DNA of 64,000 nt from Candidatus Liptonbacteria bacterium (GTDB taxonomy: Bacteria > Patescibacteriota > Minisyncoccia > UBA6257 > 2-01-FULL-56-20), in contig VGJV01000004.1 in NCBI GenBank assembly GCA_016867315.1, positions 37,431 through 101,430 on the forward strand, read 5' to 3'. The number at the start of each line of letters is the position of its first letter. The stretch's first letter is position 1. The position numbers and the translations under genes were made by a program. Shown piece by piece: positions 36,259-44,838 of the stretch. Under the pieces are notes generated by a model. It saw only the letters and a list, made by a program, of their open reading frames with translations, ran no database searches and had not been told where the DNA came from.

Positions 36259-36576
36259 ATGAAGAATTCTCCAAATTGGTTCAAAAGTTTGCTAAGCGCC
36301 GCGGGAGTATTTGTGTATGTGTCTCTAGTAGCGTTGTTTCTCTCTCGTGCAGAAAAAATGTTCGGCGCCGAAGACACCTTCCTTATGCCGATATTCATGT
36401 TGCTCCTCTTTGTGGTGTCGGCCTCGATCACCGGCCTTTTGGTGCTCGGCGGTCCCACCCATCGTTATTTGAGCGGACATAAAAAAGAAGCCTTTACTTT
36501 GCTCTTCTCGACACTTGGTTGGTTAGTGGTATTCCTCATAATCGTAGCAGTGGCCCTCGGCGTATTTGCGCGATAG
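36259..36576 (+). CDS. hypothetical small membrane protein (3 TM helices)
   Basis: 105 aa from ATG 36259; hydrophobic helices. Confidence 0.4.
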   Translation: MKNSPNWFKSLLSAAGVFVYVSLVALFLSRAEKMFGAEDTFLMPIFMLLLFVVSASITGLLVLGGPTHRYLSGHKKEAFTLLFSTLGWLVVFLIIVAVALGVFAR

Positions 36577-36630
36577 GGCTAACTAAATAACTTAATATTT
36601 TCATCACCTGCTTCATGCTCAAAATGAAGT

Positions 36631-37188
36631 ATGGCGACGTCTTGGCAGAAAGATATAAAAGAAAAAGCCCGCGCGCCGCTCAAAGGCAACCTAGAGGCAG
36701 AGGTGATTATTTTGGGTGGGGGAATCACCGGCACGGTAAGCGCCTATTTGCTCGCGAATGAAGGCAAAAGGGTAATCCTTCTTGAGGCCGAAACTTTCGA
36801 TAAGAAAGGCGCTACGCCGGATACGACCGCGTTCATCACGCATGTGATCGACACCGCGTTGCCGGAACTGGTAAAACTTTTTGGCAGAGAAAAGGCCAAG
36901 GGAGTATGGGAGGCCGGCAAACAAGCGGTAGAGAAGATTGAGGACATCGTAAAAAAAGAAAAAATTGATTGTGAATTCACTCGAGTCCCGCAATACGAAT
37001 ACGCCCTCTCCAAAGGGGAGCTCAAGGAGATCAAGGAAGAAGTGAAGCTCGCGAAAGAATTTGGGTTTGAGGCGGAACTCCGAACCGGTGCCCCGCTGCT
37101 TTTTGCTGGACATAACCTAACACAAAAATTGAAACAGGTCAACATATTCGTGCCCTCGGAGGGAATTGAACCCCCATCTCTTCCTTAG
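36631..37188 (+). pseudogene. FAD-dependent oxidoreductase (DadA/ThiO-like), N-terminal fragment only, truncated at tRNA-Arg
   Basis: VIILGGGITGTVSAYLLANEGKRVILLEAE dinucleotide-binding motif; ORF only 185 aa and its last codons are the antisense of tRNA-Arg (EGIEPPSLP = reverse complement of T-arm). Confidence 0.55.
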
Positions 37189-37222
37189 GACGGAATAGCT
37201 CTATCCGTTGAGCTACGAGGGC
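37151..37222 (-). tRNA. tRNA-Arg(CCT)
   Basis: Minus strand GCCCTCG-TA-GCTCAACGGATAGAGC-T-ATTCC-GTCCTAA-GGAAG-AGAT-GGGGGTTCAATTCCCTC-CGAGGGC-A; anticodon CCU. Confidence 0.8.
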
Positions 37223-37292
37223 AGACAAACGAAGCGTAGCGTGAGGCGGTGTGGGTTGCAAGCGAACTACTCCTCGCCTAATATTACTCCCA

Positions 37293-37366
37293 CGGGCCTA
37301 TAGTAAAACGGTATTACGCGCCCATGGCATGGGCGAGGTCGGGGTTCGATTCCCCGTAGGTCCACC
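37293..37366 (+). tRNA. tRNA-Ala(GGC)
   Basis: GGGCCTA-TA-GTAAAACGGTATTAC-G-CGCCC-ATGGCAT-GGGCG-AGGTC-GGGGTTCGATTCCCC-GTAGGTCC-A-CCA; G3:U70; last 6 nt (CCACCA) are the first 6 nt of the 133-bp inverted repeat. Confidence 0.85.
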
Positions 37367-38870
37367 AAATTTGATTTGCTTCCGAATTGACCGCGCCCGC
37401 GCCAAAGGCGTGGGCTTGGGCTGGCATTTCCGCCAAGAAATTCCAAGGGTTTTTGAATTCCGCCAAAAGCATTCCCGCCGCGAGGCGGCGGTTCGAGCCG
37501 ATGGAAACAAGAAAATCTCTCATACCTGAGAGGTTTTCTTGTTTAGTGAGATTCAGGGCTTGGTTGGCTTCAATAATCCAGTTTCGCATGAGTTCGAGCC
37601 AATGATTGCCCTTGCGCTCAAAATCAGACAATCTCTCTTCCATTGTCTTCTTCTCTGCCATTAGAACATTCTTGCGTTCTTGATATTCCGCCAACTCCAA
37701 CGCTTCGGCTAAATATGCGTCCGTTAGCCGTTCCAGCTTTTCTTTAATGGCGGAAATACTATCGCGGAGATTTTGAGCGAAAAGGTTAGATGAGTGGCGG
37801 GATTCCGATTGCTCGCTTTCAAGGCGAGCAAGATATTTTTCCCGCCACTCATCGGGCAAAGAAACTTTTTGACAAAGATTTTTCACTTGTTCAGTTAGCA
37901 CTTCTTCACGCAAAAAGCGATTTTCAGTACAAGAAATAGTTTTGCTCTTGTGGGTGCAACGATAGTAAATAAATTTCAAACCACTTTTCTTTATGTGTCG
38001 CTCGGCGGTAATCGCGTATCCACATATCCCACAAGTAGCAAAACCTAAAAACTGAAAATTCTTAGGTCCTCGCTTTTTGCGGGGCTTTCCATTAGCGACA
38101 AGTGCGCTTTGGATTTGATCAAAAAGTTTCTTTGAAATCATTGGCTTATGCGATCCGGCATGCACCTCGCCACGATATTCAAAATGGCCGTAGTAAAAGG
38201 GATTGGTTAAAATATGTTCAACGGAGGCAAGGGCGAGGGGCTTGCCGGTCTTGCCAACCAAGCCGAGAGAAAACATTTTGCGCTGAATACCAGTGAGCGT
38301 AAATTGTCCTGTAGCAAAAGCCTCCAAACCCTCTTTTACTTTACGAAACGTCTTTTTATCAGGTTCAATCGTGCGAAGCCTCGGTTCGTTAAAATAACCG
38401 ATTGGAGCTTTTGCCGATAATTCACCACGGCGTATCTTTTGCCGAATACCGCGCAAAATGTTTTCTCTTAAATTGTCGGTGTAATATTTTGCCTGTCCGA
38501 AGGCAACGCTCAACATAAACTTCCCTTGTGGTGTCGCTTCAAACCAAAATGTCGGGAATTTTAGCGCAACAATTTTTTGAGTATCCACAAAATAGATAAC
38601 CTTGCCACCGTCAATCGAATTTCTCGCCAAACGATCTGGATTCCACGCTAAGATTCCCGACGCAACACCTTTTTCAATTTCGCCAAGCATTTCGTTAAAT
38701 ACTTCACGACCAGGCTCTTTTGCCGTCTTGCTCTCGTAATACTCACGGACGATAAATAACCCCTGTTGCTTGGCGTATTCCCGAAGCTCCGTCAGTTGCG
38801 CCTCAATACTCAAAACTTGGCGTTCTTCGTCCTCTGATGATTTCCTGCAATAGATAAAATATTTGACCAT
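37314..38870 (-). CDS. large serine recombinase (resolvase-like catalytic domain + recombinase domain + zinc ribbon + coiled coil)
   Basis: MVKYFIYCRKSSEDEERQ...SIEAQ catalytic Ser motif, DRLARN, C-x2-C...C zinc ribbon; 518 aa from ATG 38870; C-terminal 17 codons are antisense to tRNA-Ala(GGC) (..TYGESNPDLAHAMGA*). Confidence 0.85.
   Translation of the reverse strand: MVKYFIYCRKSSEDEERQVLSIEAQLTELREYAKQQGLFIVREYYESKTAKEPGREVFNEMLGEIEKGVASGILAWNPDRLARNSIDGGKVIYFVDTQKIVALKFPTFWFEATPQGKFMLSVAFGQAKYYTDNLRENILRGIRQKIRRGELSAKAPIGYFNEPRLRTIEPDKKTFRKVKEGLEAFATGQFTLTGIQRKMFSLGLVGKTGKPLALASVEHILTNPFYYGHFEYRGEVHAGSHKPMISKKLFDQIQSALVANGKPRKKRGPKNFQFLGFATCGICGYAITAERHIKKSGLKFIYYRCTHKSKTISCTENRFLREEVLTEQVKNLCQKVSLPDEWREKYLARLESEQSESRHSSNLFAQNLRDSISAIKEKLERLTDAYLAEALELAEYQERKNVLMAEKKTMEERLSDFERKGNHWLELMRNWIIEANQALNLTKQENLSGMRDFLVSIGSNRRLAAGMLLAEFKNPWNFLAEMPAQAHAFGAGAVNSEANQIWWTYGESNPDLAHAMGA
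37361..37493. repeat. 133-bp perfect inverted repeat, left arm (starts with tRNA-Ala CCACCA; contains recombinase 3' coding end)
   Basis: CCACCAAATTTGATTTGCTTCCGAATTGACCGCGCCCGCGCC...GAGGCGGCGGTTC; exact reverse complement at 38973-39105. Confidence 0.9.
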
Positions 38871-38972
38871 AGCTTCGGGAATTAAATTGATAAAAGGTGT
38901 TGCCTTACACCGACAATTTCTAATCTCACCGCATCGGCTCCTGTGCGAAGCACAGAACAAGCGTTAGCTTGT

Positions 38973-39105
38973 GGAACCGCCGCCTCGCGGCGGGAATGCT
39001 TTTGGCGGAATTCAAAAACCCTTGGAATTTCTTGGCGGAAATGCCAGCCCAAGCCCACGCCTTTGGCGCGGGCGCGGTCAATTCGGAAGCAAATCAAATT
39101 TGGTG
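38973..39105. repeat. 133-bp perfect inverted repeat, right arm (about 100 bp upstream of recombinase start)
   Basis: Exact reverse complement of 37361-37493; produces artefactual ORFs 38943..39191(+), 38969..39154(+) and 38882..39376(-) that duplicate the recombinase C-terminus. Confidence 0.9.
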
Positions 39106-39425
39106 GTGTTTGTTTGAAAAAGTCAGAACCCATTTCGAGCAGAATCCCGACTAATGTGGCACGCGCGGAGCGCGTGGTGGCTCTGAACTGAATCGTACGC
39201 TCCGATTGCGCCTCGGGCGCGCTCGCGGACTCGCGCGGGCAAAACCCAAAAATTTTCCTTCCTTTCTGATTTAATTCGGCGGGGGGTGTGGGGGGAGCCG
39301 ACAAAAAATGGAAAGGAAATTTTTGGTTTTGCTTCGCCGCTTCCATATTGAGAATATCTACAAATTTTGCTATCATAGTATTGTAGTTAGTATATCACAA
39401 ATAATGCTAGCAATGTATTGAAACT

Positions 39426-39623
39426 ATGGCAACGATTGGCGAAAACATCAAAAAAGTACGAAATAAGCTTGGCTTGACCCAAGATGATTTAGTCAGAAAG
39501 TCAGGCGTAAAACACACTACCCTTACCAAAATTGAGAGTAATGTTGTGGTCAAGCCAAGCGTTCAGACGGTCGCAAAGATCGCCAAGGCGTTGGGCATTC
39601 CAATGGAAGAATTTTTAAAATAA
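39426..39623 (+). CDS. XRE-family helix-turn-helix transcriptional regulator
   Basis: 65 aa; IKKVRNKLGLTQDDLVRKSGVKHTTLTKIESN = classic Cro/C1-type HTH. Confidence 0.8.
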   Translation: MATIGENIKKVRNKLGLTQDDLVRKSGVKHTTLTKIESNVVVKPSVQTVAKIAKALGIPMEEFLK

Positions 39624-39627
39624 TTTT

Positions 39628-40545
39628 ATGAATATGGAAAAAGGACCAGAAGTAAGAATTGTCGGCGGAGCTTCTGCCGAGAAAAAAGAGCAAGTAAAAA
39701 AAGAAATTGAGCAAGCTCTTTTTAGCCATTTTGAATCTCTTTCGCCGCAAGAGCGAGAACAATTTGAAAAATTTGAATATCCAAAATCTGAAAAAGAGAT
39801 TGCTCTTATCAGTTTCGCTAATGAAGAAACATCTCGACTAATGCAGGAAGCAGGAATTGAGCCGTATGATGTTCCTGTAGATAATTTCCATATCATTCCT
39901 CCAGAGTTATATAAAAAATCTGCGGGCGACGGTGGAACGGCGACGACATTCAATACAAAACAAGGAATAATTTTTGACGCAGAACATTTTCGTGATAATC
40001 CAGTACATTTTGGCGCTGTCGCCCTTCACGAATCGTTACATCTCAAAGCACATTTTTCTATGGAAGTTCAAGAGGATGGCGACAAAGTGAATAAGACACC
40101 ATACCGCGAGGGCGTGACAGTGCGTGCTTTACAAAGTCACGGTTATCACGGGAAATATCATCAACACTTTGCCGGATTGCATGAGGGCATAGTGGCCGAA
40201 ACTGAAAAAAAGTTCTTAGGGAAACTTCTTGATCGCCCAGAACTTGCAAAAGAAAAGGAGTGGTTGACTTCTGACGAAGCAAAAGAAATGAGAAAAAAGT
40301 TGGCGACAGAAAAAGAATTGTCGGAGGACGATATTATTTGGGTTGGCAAAAAAGGAAAAGATGACTGGGAAACTGTTTCGTATCTTCAACAGAGAAATGT
40401 GCTCAATTATGTCTGCGACGAGATACAGAAACAGTTTCCCGACGAATATCAGAACGCAGACGATGTTTACAAAGTTTTTCTCAACGCTCACTTTACTGGT
40501 AGACTTTTGCCTCTTGCGCGTTTAGTGGAAAAAACTTTTGGCTAG
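39628..40545 (+). CDS. hypothetical protein with HExxH zinc-metallopeptidase-like motif (possible ImmA/IrrE-like partner of the XRE regulator)
   Basis: 305 aa; VALHESLHL (HExxH) is the only recognisable motif; immediately downstream (4-nt spacer) of the XRE gene. Confidence 0.45.
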   Translation: MNMEKGPEVRIVGGASAEKKEQVKKEIEQALFSHFESLSPQEREQFEKFEYPKSEKEIALISFANEETSRLMQEAGIEPYDVPVDNFHIIPPELYKKSAGDGGTATTFNTKQGIIFDAEHFRDNPVHFGAVALHESLHLKAHFSMEVQEDGDKVNKTPYREGVTVRALQSHGYHGKYHQHFAGLHEGIVAETEKKFLGKLLDRPELAKEKEWLTSDEAKEMRKKLATEKELSEDDIIWVGKKGKDDWETVSYLQQRNVLNYVCDEIQKQFPDEYQNADDVYKVFLNAHFTGRLLPLARLVEKTFG

Positions 40546-42338
40546 ACAATTTCGGCAGTATAGCACTGTTCGCAGAATACAACTTCTGATCGCTTCGGCG
40601 CATAGGAAGTCATGAATTTATTGGGACAATGATTGTCGTTATGAAAATGGCTAGCGGTATTTTCATAGGTGCCGCTTTCGGACTTTGATCCTGCGCAAGC
40701 ACACTTACGACTATAAAACTCAACTGAATTGCGAGCCAGCGAAGATTCGAAATTTCTCGTATTCGGACACTTTCTCGGCAAAGGCAAATTCCACTTCTTG
40801 TATATAGCAAACTCGTTTGGAGTAATTTTAAAAGCCATCGAACACTTATGCTCTTGTGCCGATTTCTTATCAGTGCCCCATGCCTCGCAAAGAATTACAT
40901 CTGAAAGAATTGATTCAGAAACTTCAACAATGGACTCTGGCAATTCTTTCCAACTTTTTGTAACATTGTAACTTTTTTCTTCCGCTTCATACCAAGAATA
41001 TCCAAACTCATTCGCTAGTTCTCTTGAAACGGGTACGTATTCTTGAGCAAGGGTTTCGTTGTAGCTATGCGGACTTATTTCAATGGGAAACATCTCGCCA
41101 TAAGTGTATGTTCTCCCTTTGCTATCGGCATAAGGCATCGTCGACATTTGAGCAATAATTTTCTCCCGAAGCTTTTTATAGGTTTTTTCATCGTACTGCT
41201 TGTTCAAAATACAATATTCTTTCTTGCGAATCGAGATGCAACCAAAAGAATTGCTGGCGTGATCGCAATCTGCAAGATAATCTGAATTTATATTGTTTTC
41301 GCCATTTACACTGAAAAAGCAGCGCGATGAGAAATCAATATTGTTGCATTCATAGGCAAGCTCGCCTGCGTGAACACCAAATACGTCCATCGCGTCCTTT
41401 TGGCCTTTTCCTCCACGAACTGCATATTTCTCATTCTCACCATCGTTAATGTAGAAGGAAAGAAAAACATTTTTGCAGCCATAAATAAACTCGCCTGAAA
41501 CATTGGCGTTACGTTCTCCCGTCATGAATTTATGGATGGCATTTTCTCTGACAGATTTTCTGAATTCAAGCAATGCTTTTTGAAGTGCGGTGTGGGAGCT
41601 GAAGGTTTCCCGTTTTATTTTTTCGAATTCTTCTTTGGTAACCTGTTTATTGAAAACATAATAACTCTTGTTGCGTAGGTTAAAACTGAACAGACAGTTT
41701 TGGCAGTTGCGACAATCATAGAGAAATGCTGACCCGTAACAATTGGAGCATTTTTGACTAAAATGAGTAAGATTGCATTTTGTGCAATCAACTGATGCAA
41801 AACACTGTTCGCAGTTCTTAATAAACAGGCAATCCCAGCAATCTTTACTTTCAAGAACAGTTTGACCGTAACCACAGTTTTCAGAAAACCAACTCCCGAA
41901 CATGAGATATCCACCCTTCATGTGGGCTGTGTAGTTGCAATAATCACTGTCCACGTTGCCAGTGGCATACACAGCTGGTTTTGGCACTACTTGCTGCAAT
42001 TCTTTGAACTGTAAAAAAAATGGTTTGTTGAAGTCATATTCTCGGCCATACGAAAGTGGATCCCATTTATCACTCCACCAGCATTCATGGCAGTATACAG
42101 GGAAAGTAACATCTACTCGATACATGGATATAACATTTTTCTTGCATAAATCGCACGTTCTTCGGTACAAGGAACGCTCGTTACGCCAAACTAGCCGCCG
42201 CGCCAAGCGACATTTCCAGCAAAAAGTTGGAGGCGGGATTTTAACCCTTTCGTAAAAACTAAAATCCTCCGGCTCTATCACGAACTGGCTTTTGCAGTTT
42301 TGACACTGACGATTTTCCGAATTCATTATTTCTATCAT
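40542..42338 (-). CDS. cysteine-rich hypothetical protein (598 aa) with N- and C-terminal zinc-ribbon-like CxxC pairs and a central Cys-repeat region
   Basis: 40 Cys; CQNCKSQ...CWKC, CDLCKK...CHEC, CWDC...CEQC...CTKC...CSNC...CRNCQNC, C-terminal CPNK...CEQC; no family recognised. Confidence 0.5.
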   Translation of the reverse strand: MIEIMNSENRQCQNCKSQFVIEPEDFSFYERVKIPPPTFCWKCRLARRLVWRNERSLYRRTCDLCKKNVISMYRVDVTFPVYCHECWWSDKWDPLSYGREYDFNKPFFLQFKELQQVVPKPAVYATGNVDSDYCNYTAHMKGGYLMFGSWFSENCGYGQTVLESKDCWDCLFIKNCEQCFASVDCTKCNLTHFSQKCSNCYGSAFLYDCRNCQNCLFSFNLRNKSYYVFNKQVTKEEFEKIKRETFSSHTALQKALLEFRKSVRENAIHKFMTGERNANVSGEFIYGCKNVFLSFYINDGENEKYAVRGGKGQKDAMDVFGVHAGELAYECNNIDFSSRCFFSVNGENNINSDYLADCDHASNSFGCISIRKKEYCILNKQYDEKTYKKLREKIIAQMSTMPYADSKGRTYTYGEMFPIEISPHSYNETLAQEYVPVSRELANEFGYSWYEAEEKSYNVTKSWKELPESIVEVSESILSDVILCEAWGTDKKSAQEHKCSMAFKITPNEFAIYKKWNLPLPRKCPNTRNFESSLARNSVEFYSRKCACAGSKSESGTYENTASHFHNDNHCPNKFMTSYAPKRSEVVFCEQCYTAEIV

Positions 42339-42876
42339 GTCTCTGATTCAGCCAAAAGTAAATCCGGCGAGCGGGCAAAAAGTGGAAGGGGGTACGAGGG
42401 GGAGGGAAACTTTTTGCCCACGAGCCGTGATAATCCCCGCCGCCCTGCTCGCAGAGAGCAGAGCCACGCAAAATACTCTTTACGATTTCTGATTTCGCGC
42501 GCGCCAAAAAAATGATTCTGAAAAAGGAAAAGAGTATTTTGCGTGGCGGCGAGCGTCAGCGAGCGGCGGGGTGGTCTGGCGTTCCGCTCTCTTTCTCCTG
42601 TCGCTCGTAAAAGGTGCGAGCGAAGTGTATAATTAGTCCACGCCATGCTTCAACCACTTCAAAAACTCCACGACCGCATTGCAGGGAAATACCCCCACTT
42701 CAAATTTATAATCGGGATCGTTTTGATCCTCGTAGGATTTGTGGCGCTCGTTACGCCTCTTACGCCAGGATCATGGCTCGCGCTGGTAGGGTTGGAATTG
42801 GTGGGAATTCGGGTCTTAACTGGGAAATGGTTTAAGGCTTTATTTTCTCGTCGTCCCCGCGTAGAATAGCGCCTAG

Positions 42877-42963
42877 GGAAGCGTGGCAGAGTGGTCGAAT
42901 GCGCCGCACTCGAAATGCGGTATACCGGAAACGGTATCGGAGGTTCGAATCCTCCCGCTTCCG
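42877..42963 (+). tRNA. tRNA-Ser(CGA)
   Basis: GGAAGCG-TG-GCAGAGTGGTCGAATGC-G-CCGCA-CTCGAAA-TGCGG-long variable arm TATACCGGAAACGGTATC-GGAGGTTCGAATCCTCC-CGCTTCC-G; anticodon CGA. Confidence 0.85.
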
Positions 42964-42967
42964 CCGA

Positions 42968-43611
42968 ATGATTAAGGCTATTATTTTTGATTTAGATGGT
43001 CTCCTGATTGATTCTCAGCATTTGCAGTATGAGGCAACGAGCAGAGCTTTTTCTGAAAGGGAGTGTTCTTTGACAAAGGAAGATTGGGATCATTTTATTC
43101 ATGGAAGTATGGATTATAAGGAATGGATAGAGCTTCACCACTTGCCAATAACAGTGGAAGAAGTTCGGGCGAGAAAAAAGAGATTTATGACGAGCTAATA
43201 AAAACTGAGCTTCAGCTAAAAGTGGGAGCTCGGGAATTAATTAATACCGTGTATGGTAAATTTAAGCTCGCTGTTGCCTCACATTCCAGAATTGAATCCA
43301 TAGAGCTTTGCATTAATAAATTTAATTTAAAATCCAAATTCGAACATGTAGTTTCTGATCAAGCGGTGGGCAAAAGGAAGCCTCACCCAGAAGTCTTTTT
43401 ACATGTCGCAAATGTAATGAATATGGAGCCAGAAAAGTGTCTTGTATTTGAAGATTCCTTGATGGGTTTAAAAGCGGCGAAATCCGCAGGTATGAAATGC
43501 ATTGTGTGTCCTGACAGTTTTAGCAATCTCGACCACGCATTGTTTGATGGTGCCGATAGAATAGTCTCCTCGTTATATGAAGTTGATTTAGAAATGATTA
43601 CCAAATTTTAA
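42968..43611 (+). pseudogene. HAD-superfamily hydrolase (beta-phosphoglucomutase-like) split by a frameshift in an A6 run (43174-43179)
   Basis: MIKAIIFDLDGLLIDSQ (motif I DxDG) in frame of ORF 42899..43198; motifs II-IV (SHSR, KRKPHPEVF, VFEDSLMGLKAAKSAGM) in the +1 frame ORF 43123..43611; A6 to A7 gives ...EEVRARKKEIYDELIKTELQL... continuous. Confidence 0.65.
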
Positions 43612-43687
43612 TTGAATAACATCCGCTTCCAAAAATTCTTCAAGCGGGACTTTGTTATAATCAAAATATTCAAAGGTCGAAGGAAAA

Positions 43688-44083
43688 GTGGGGATAAATA
43701 GTACTATGAACCCTAAGCAATTTCTTCAGATCGGTGGAGTGGTATTGGTGCTCGTGGGAATCCTCGGCTTCGTAGGAGTTTTGGGTCCTACAGCAGACAA
43801 GAGCATATTCGGAGAAGGATGGTGGTTCGATAACGCCGAAAACTGGGCGCACCTAGTGATCGGCATCATCGCCCTCATTGCCGTCTATGCCATTGGCGCA
43901 GAAGCTCAAAAGCCTCTGGTGGTCGTGGTGGGAGTCGTAGCAGTCCTTGCAGGACTCTACAGCATCTTCCAGCCGGCACTCTTAGGTGCGAACCTCGAGA
44001 ATCCGGCGGACACGATTCTGCACCTCGTGGTGGGAGTCTGGGCCTTAATTGCAGCTCGAGGGAAGACAGGAATGGCGATGTAA
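43688..44083 (+). CDS. hypothetical small membrane protein (4 TM helices)
   Basis: 131 aa, hydrophobic, G/V-rich helices. Confidence 0.4.
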   Translation: MGINSTMNPKQFLQIGGVVLVLVGILGFVGVLGPTADKSIFGEGWWFDNAENWAHLVIGIIALIAVYAIGAEAQKPLVVVVGVVAVLAGLYSIFQPALLGANLENPADTILHLVVGVWALIAARGKTGMAM

Positions 44084-44174
44084 GGGATAGTAGGTAGAAA
44101 GTAGTATGTAGTAGGTAGTAGAGCAAAATCCCGTAACGAACGGGATTTTGCTTCAAAAAGAGGGGTTTGTTAAA

Positions 44175-44246
44175 GTGGGGGAGCGCCGGAGTAGCTCAAT
44201 GGCAGAGCAACACTTTTGTAAAGTGAAGGTTGGAGGTTCGACTCCT
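44175..44246 (+). tRNA. tRNA-Thr(TGT)
   Basis: GCCGGAG-TA-GCTCAATGGCAGAGC-A-ACACT-TTTGTAA-AGTGA-AGGTT-GGAGGTTCGACTCCTCT-CTCCGGC-T; anticodon UGU. Confidence 0.85.
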
Positions 44247-44298
44247 CTCTCCGGCTCATGAAATTCACCCCCCACACCAAAAATTTATATGCACTAAG

Positions 44299-44712
44299 AT
44301 GAGAGGGATAAAGAACAGTGCAAAACTAAAGGGTGTAACGAGCAAGCCCATGGTGTGGGGGTTCAAACACACAAGTTACGATTTCGAACGGGAATACCCG
44401 AAACTCGTGCGCGATCGAATCCCTGAAATTCTCCAGAAAAAAGGAGAAAAGCGAAAATTTGATATTCTTAAAAACGACAAAGAATTTCTCGTGCACCTTT
44501 TTAAAAAACTCACCGAGGAATCGATAGAGCTCCAGAAATCTGTAGAGCATAACAATTGGGAGGAAGAGCTGGCGGATATATTTGAAGTGCTCGAAACGAT
44601 TCTTCGAGTGAAAAAGAGGAGCCGAAAAGAAATTGCTGTGATTCAAAAAAAGAAAAGGAATCTACGAGGGGGTTTTAGGAAGCGTTTTCTTATGCTCAAA
44701 AAAGAAGTTTAG
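44299..44712 (+). CDS. MazG-like nucleoside triphosphate pyrophosphohydrolase domain protein
   Basis: EEELADIFEVLETIL resembles the EExxE/D all-alpha NTP-PPase motif; ORF-track start 44230 overlaps the tRNA, ATG at 44299 preferred. Confidence 0.4.
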   Translation: MRGIKNSAKLKGVTSKPMVWGFKHTSYDFEREYPKLVRDRIPEILQKKGEKRKFDILKNDKEFLVHLFKKLTEESIELQKSVEHNNWEEELADIFEVLETILRVKKRSRKEIAVIQKKKRNLRGGFRKRFLMLKKEV

Positions 44713-44766
44713 AGAAGGTTTATAGTTTTGACCCTCAGAGTAAAGAATAGTAAACTGAGCGTGCTC

Positions 44767-44838
44767 GCCAGAGTAGTTCAGTGGCAGAACACTTTCATGG
44801 TAAGAAAGGGGTCGGGAGTTCGATTCTCCCCTCTGGCT
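44767..44838 (+). tRNA. tRNA-Thr(GGT)
   Basis: GCCAGAG-TA-GTTCAGTGGCAGAAC-A-CTTTC-ATGGTAA-GAAAG-GGGTC-GGGAGTTCGATTCTCCC-CTCTGGC-T; anticodon GGU. Confidence 0.85.

Larger units (their letters stand above)
37361..39105 (-). mobile_element. IS-like / invertible unit: serine recombinase gene bracketed by 133-bp perfect inverted repeats, abutting tRNA-Ala 3' end
   Basis: Single recombinase gene between perfect IRs; outer IR boundary coincides with the tRNA CCACCA; identity of arms suggests recent activity or gene conversion. Confidence 0.5.

Noticed and set aside
37251-39376. ORFs 37251..37529(+), 38943..39191(+), 38969..39154(+), 38882..39376(-)
   Set aside because: All are generated by the two arms of the 133-bp inverted repeat (duplicated recombinase C-terminal coding sequence read on the wrong strand or frame). 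They are not independent genes.
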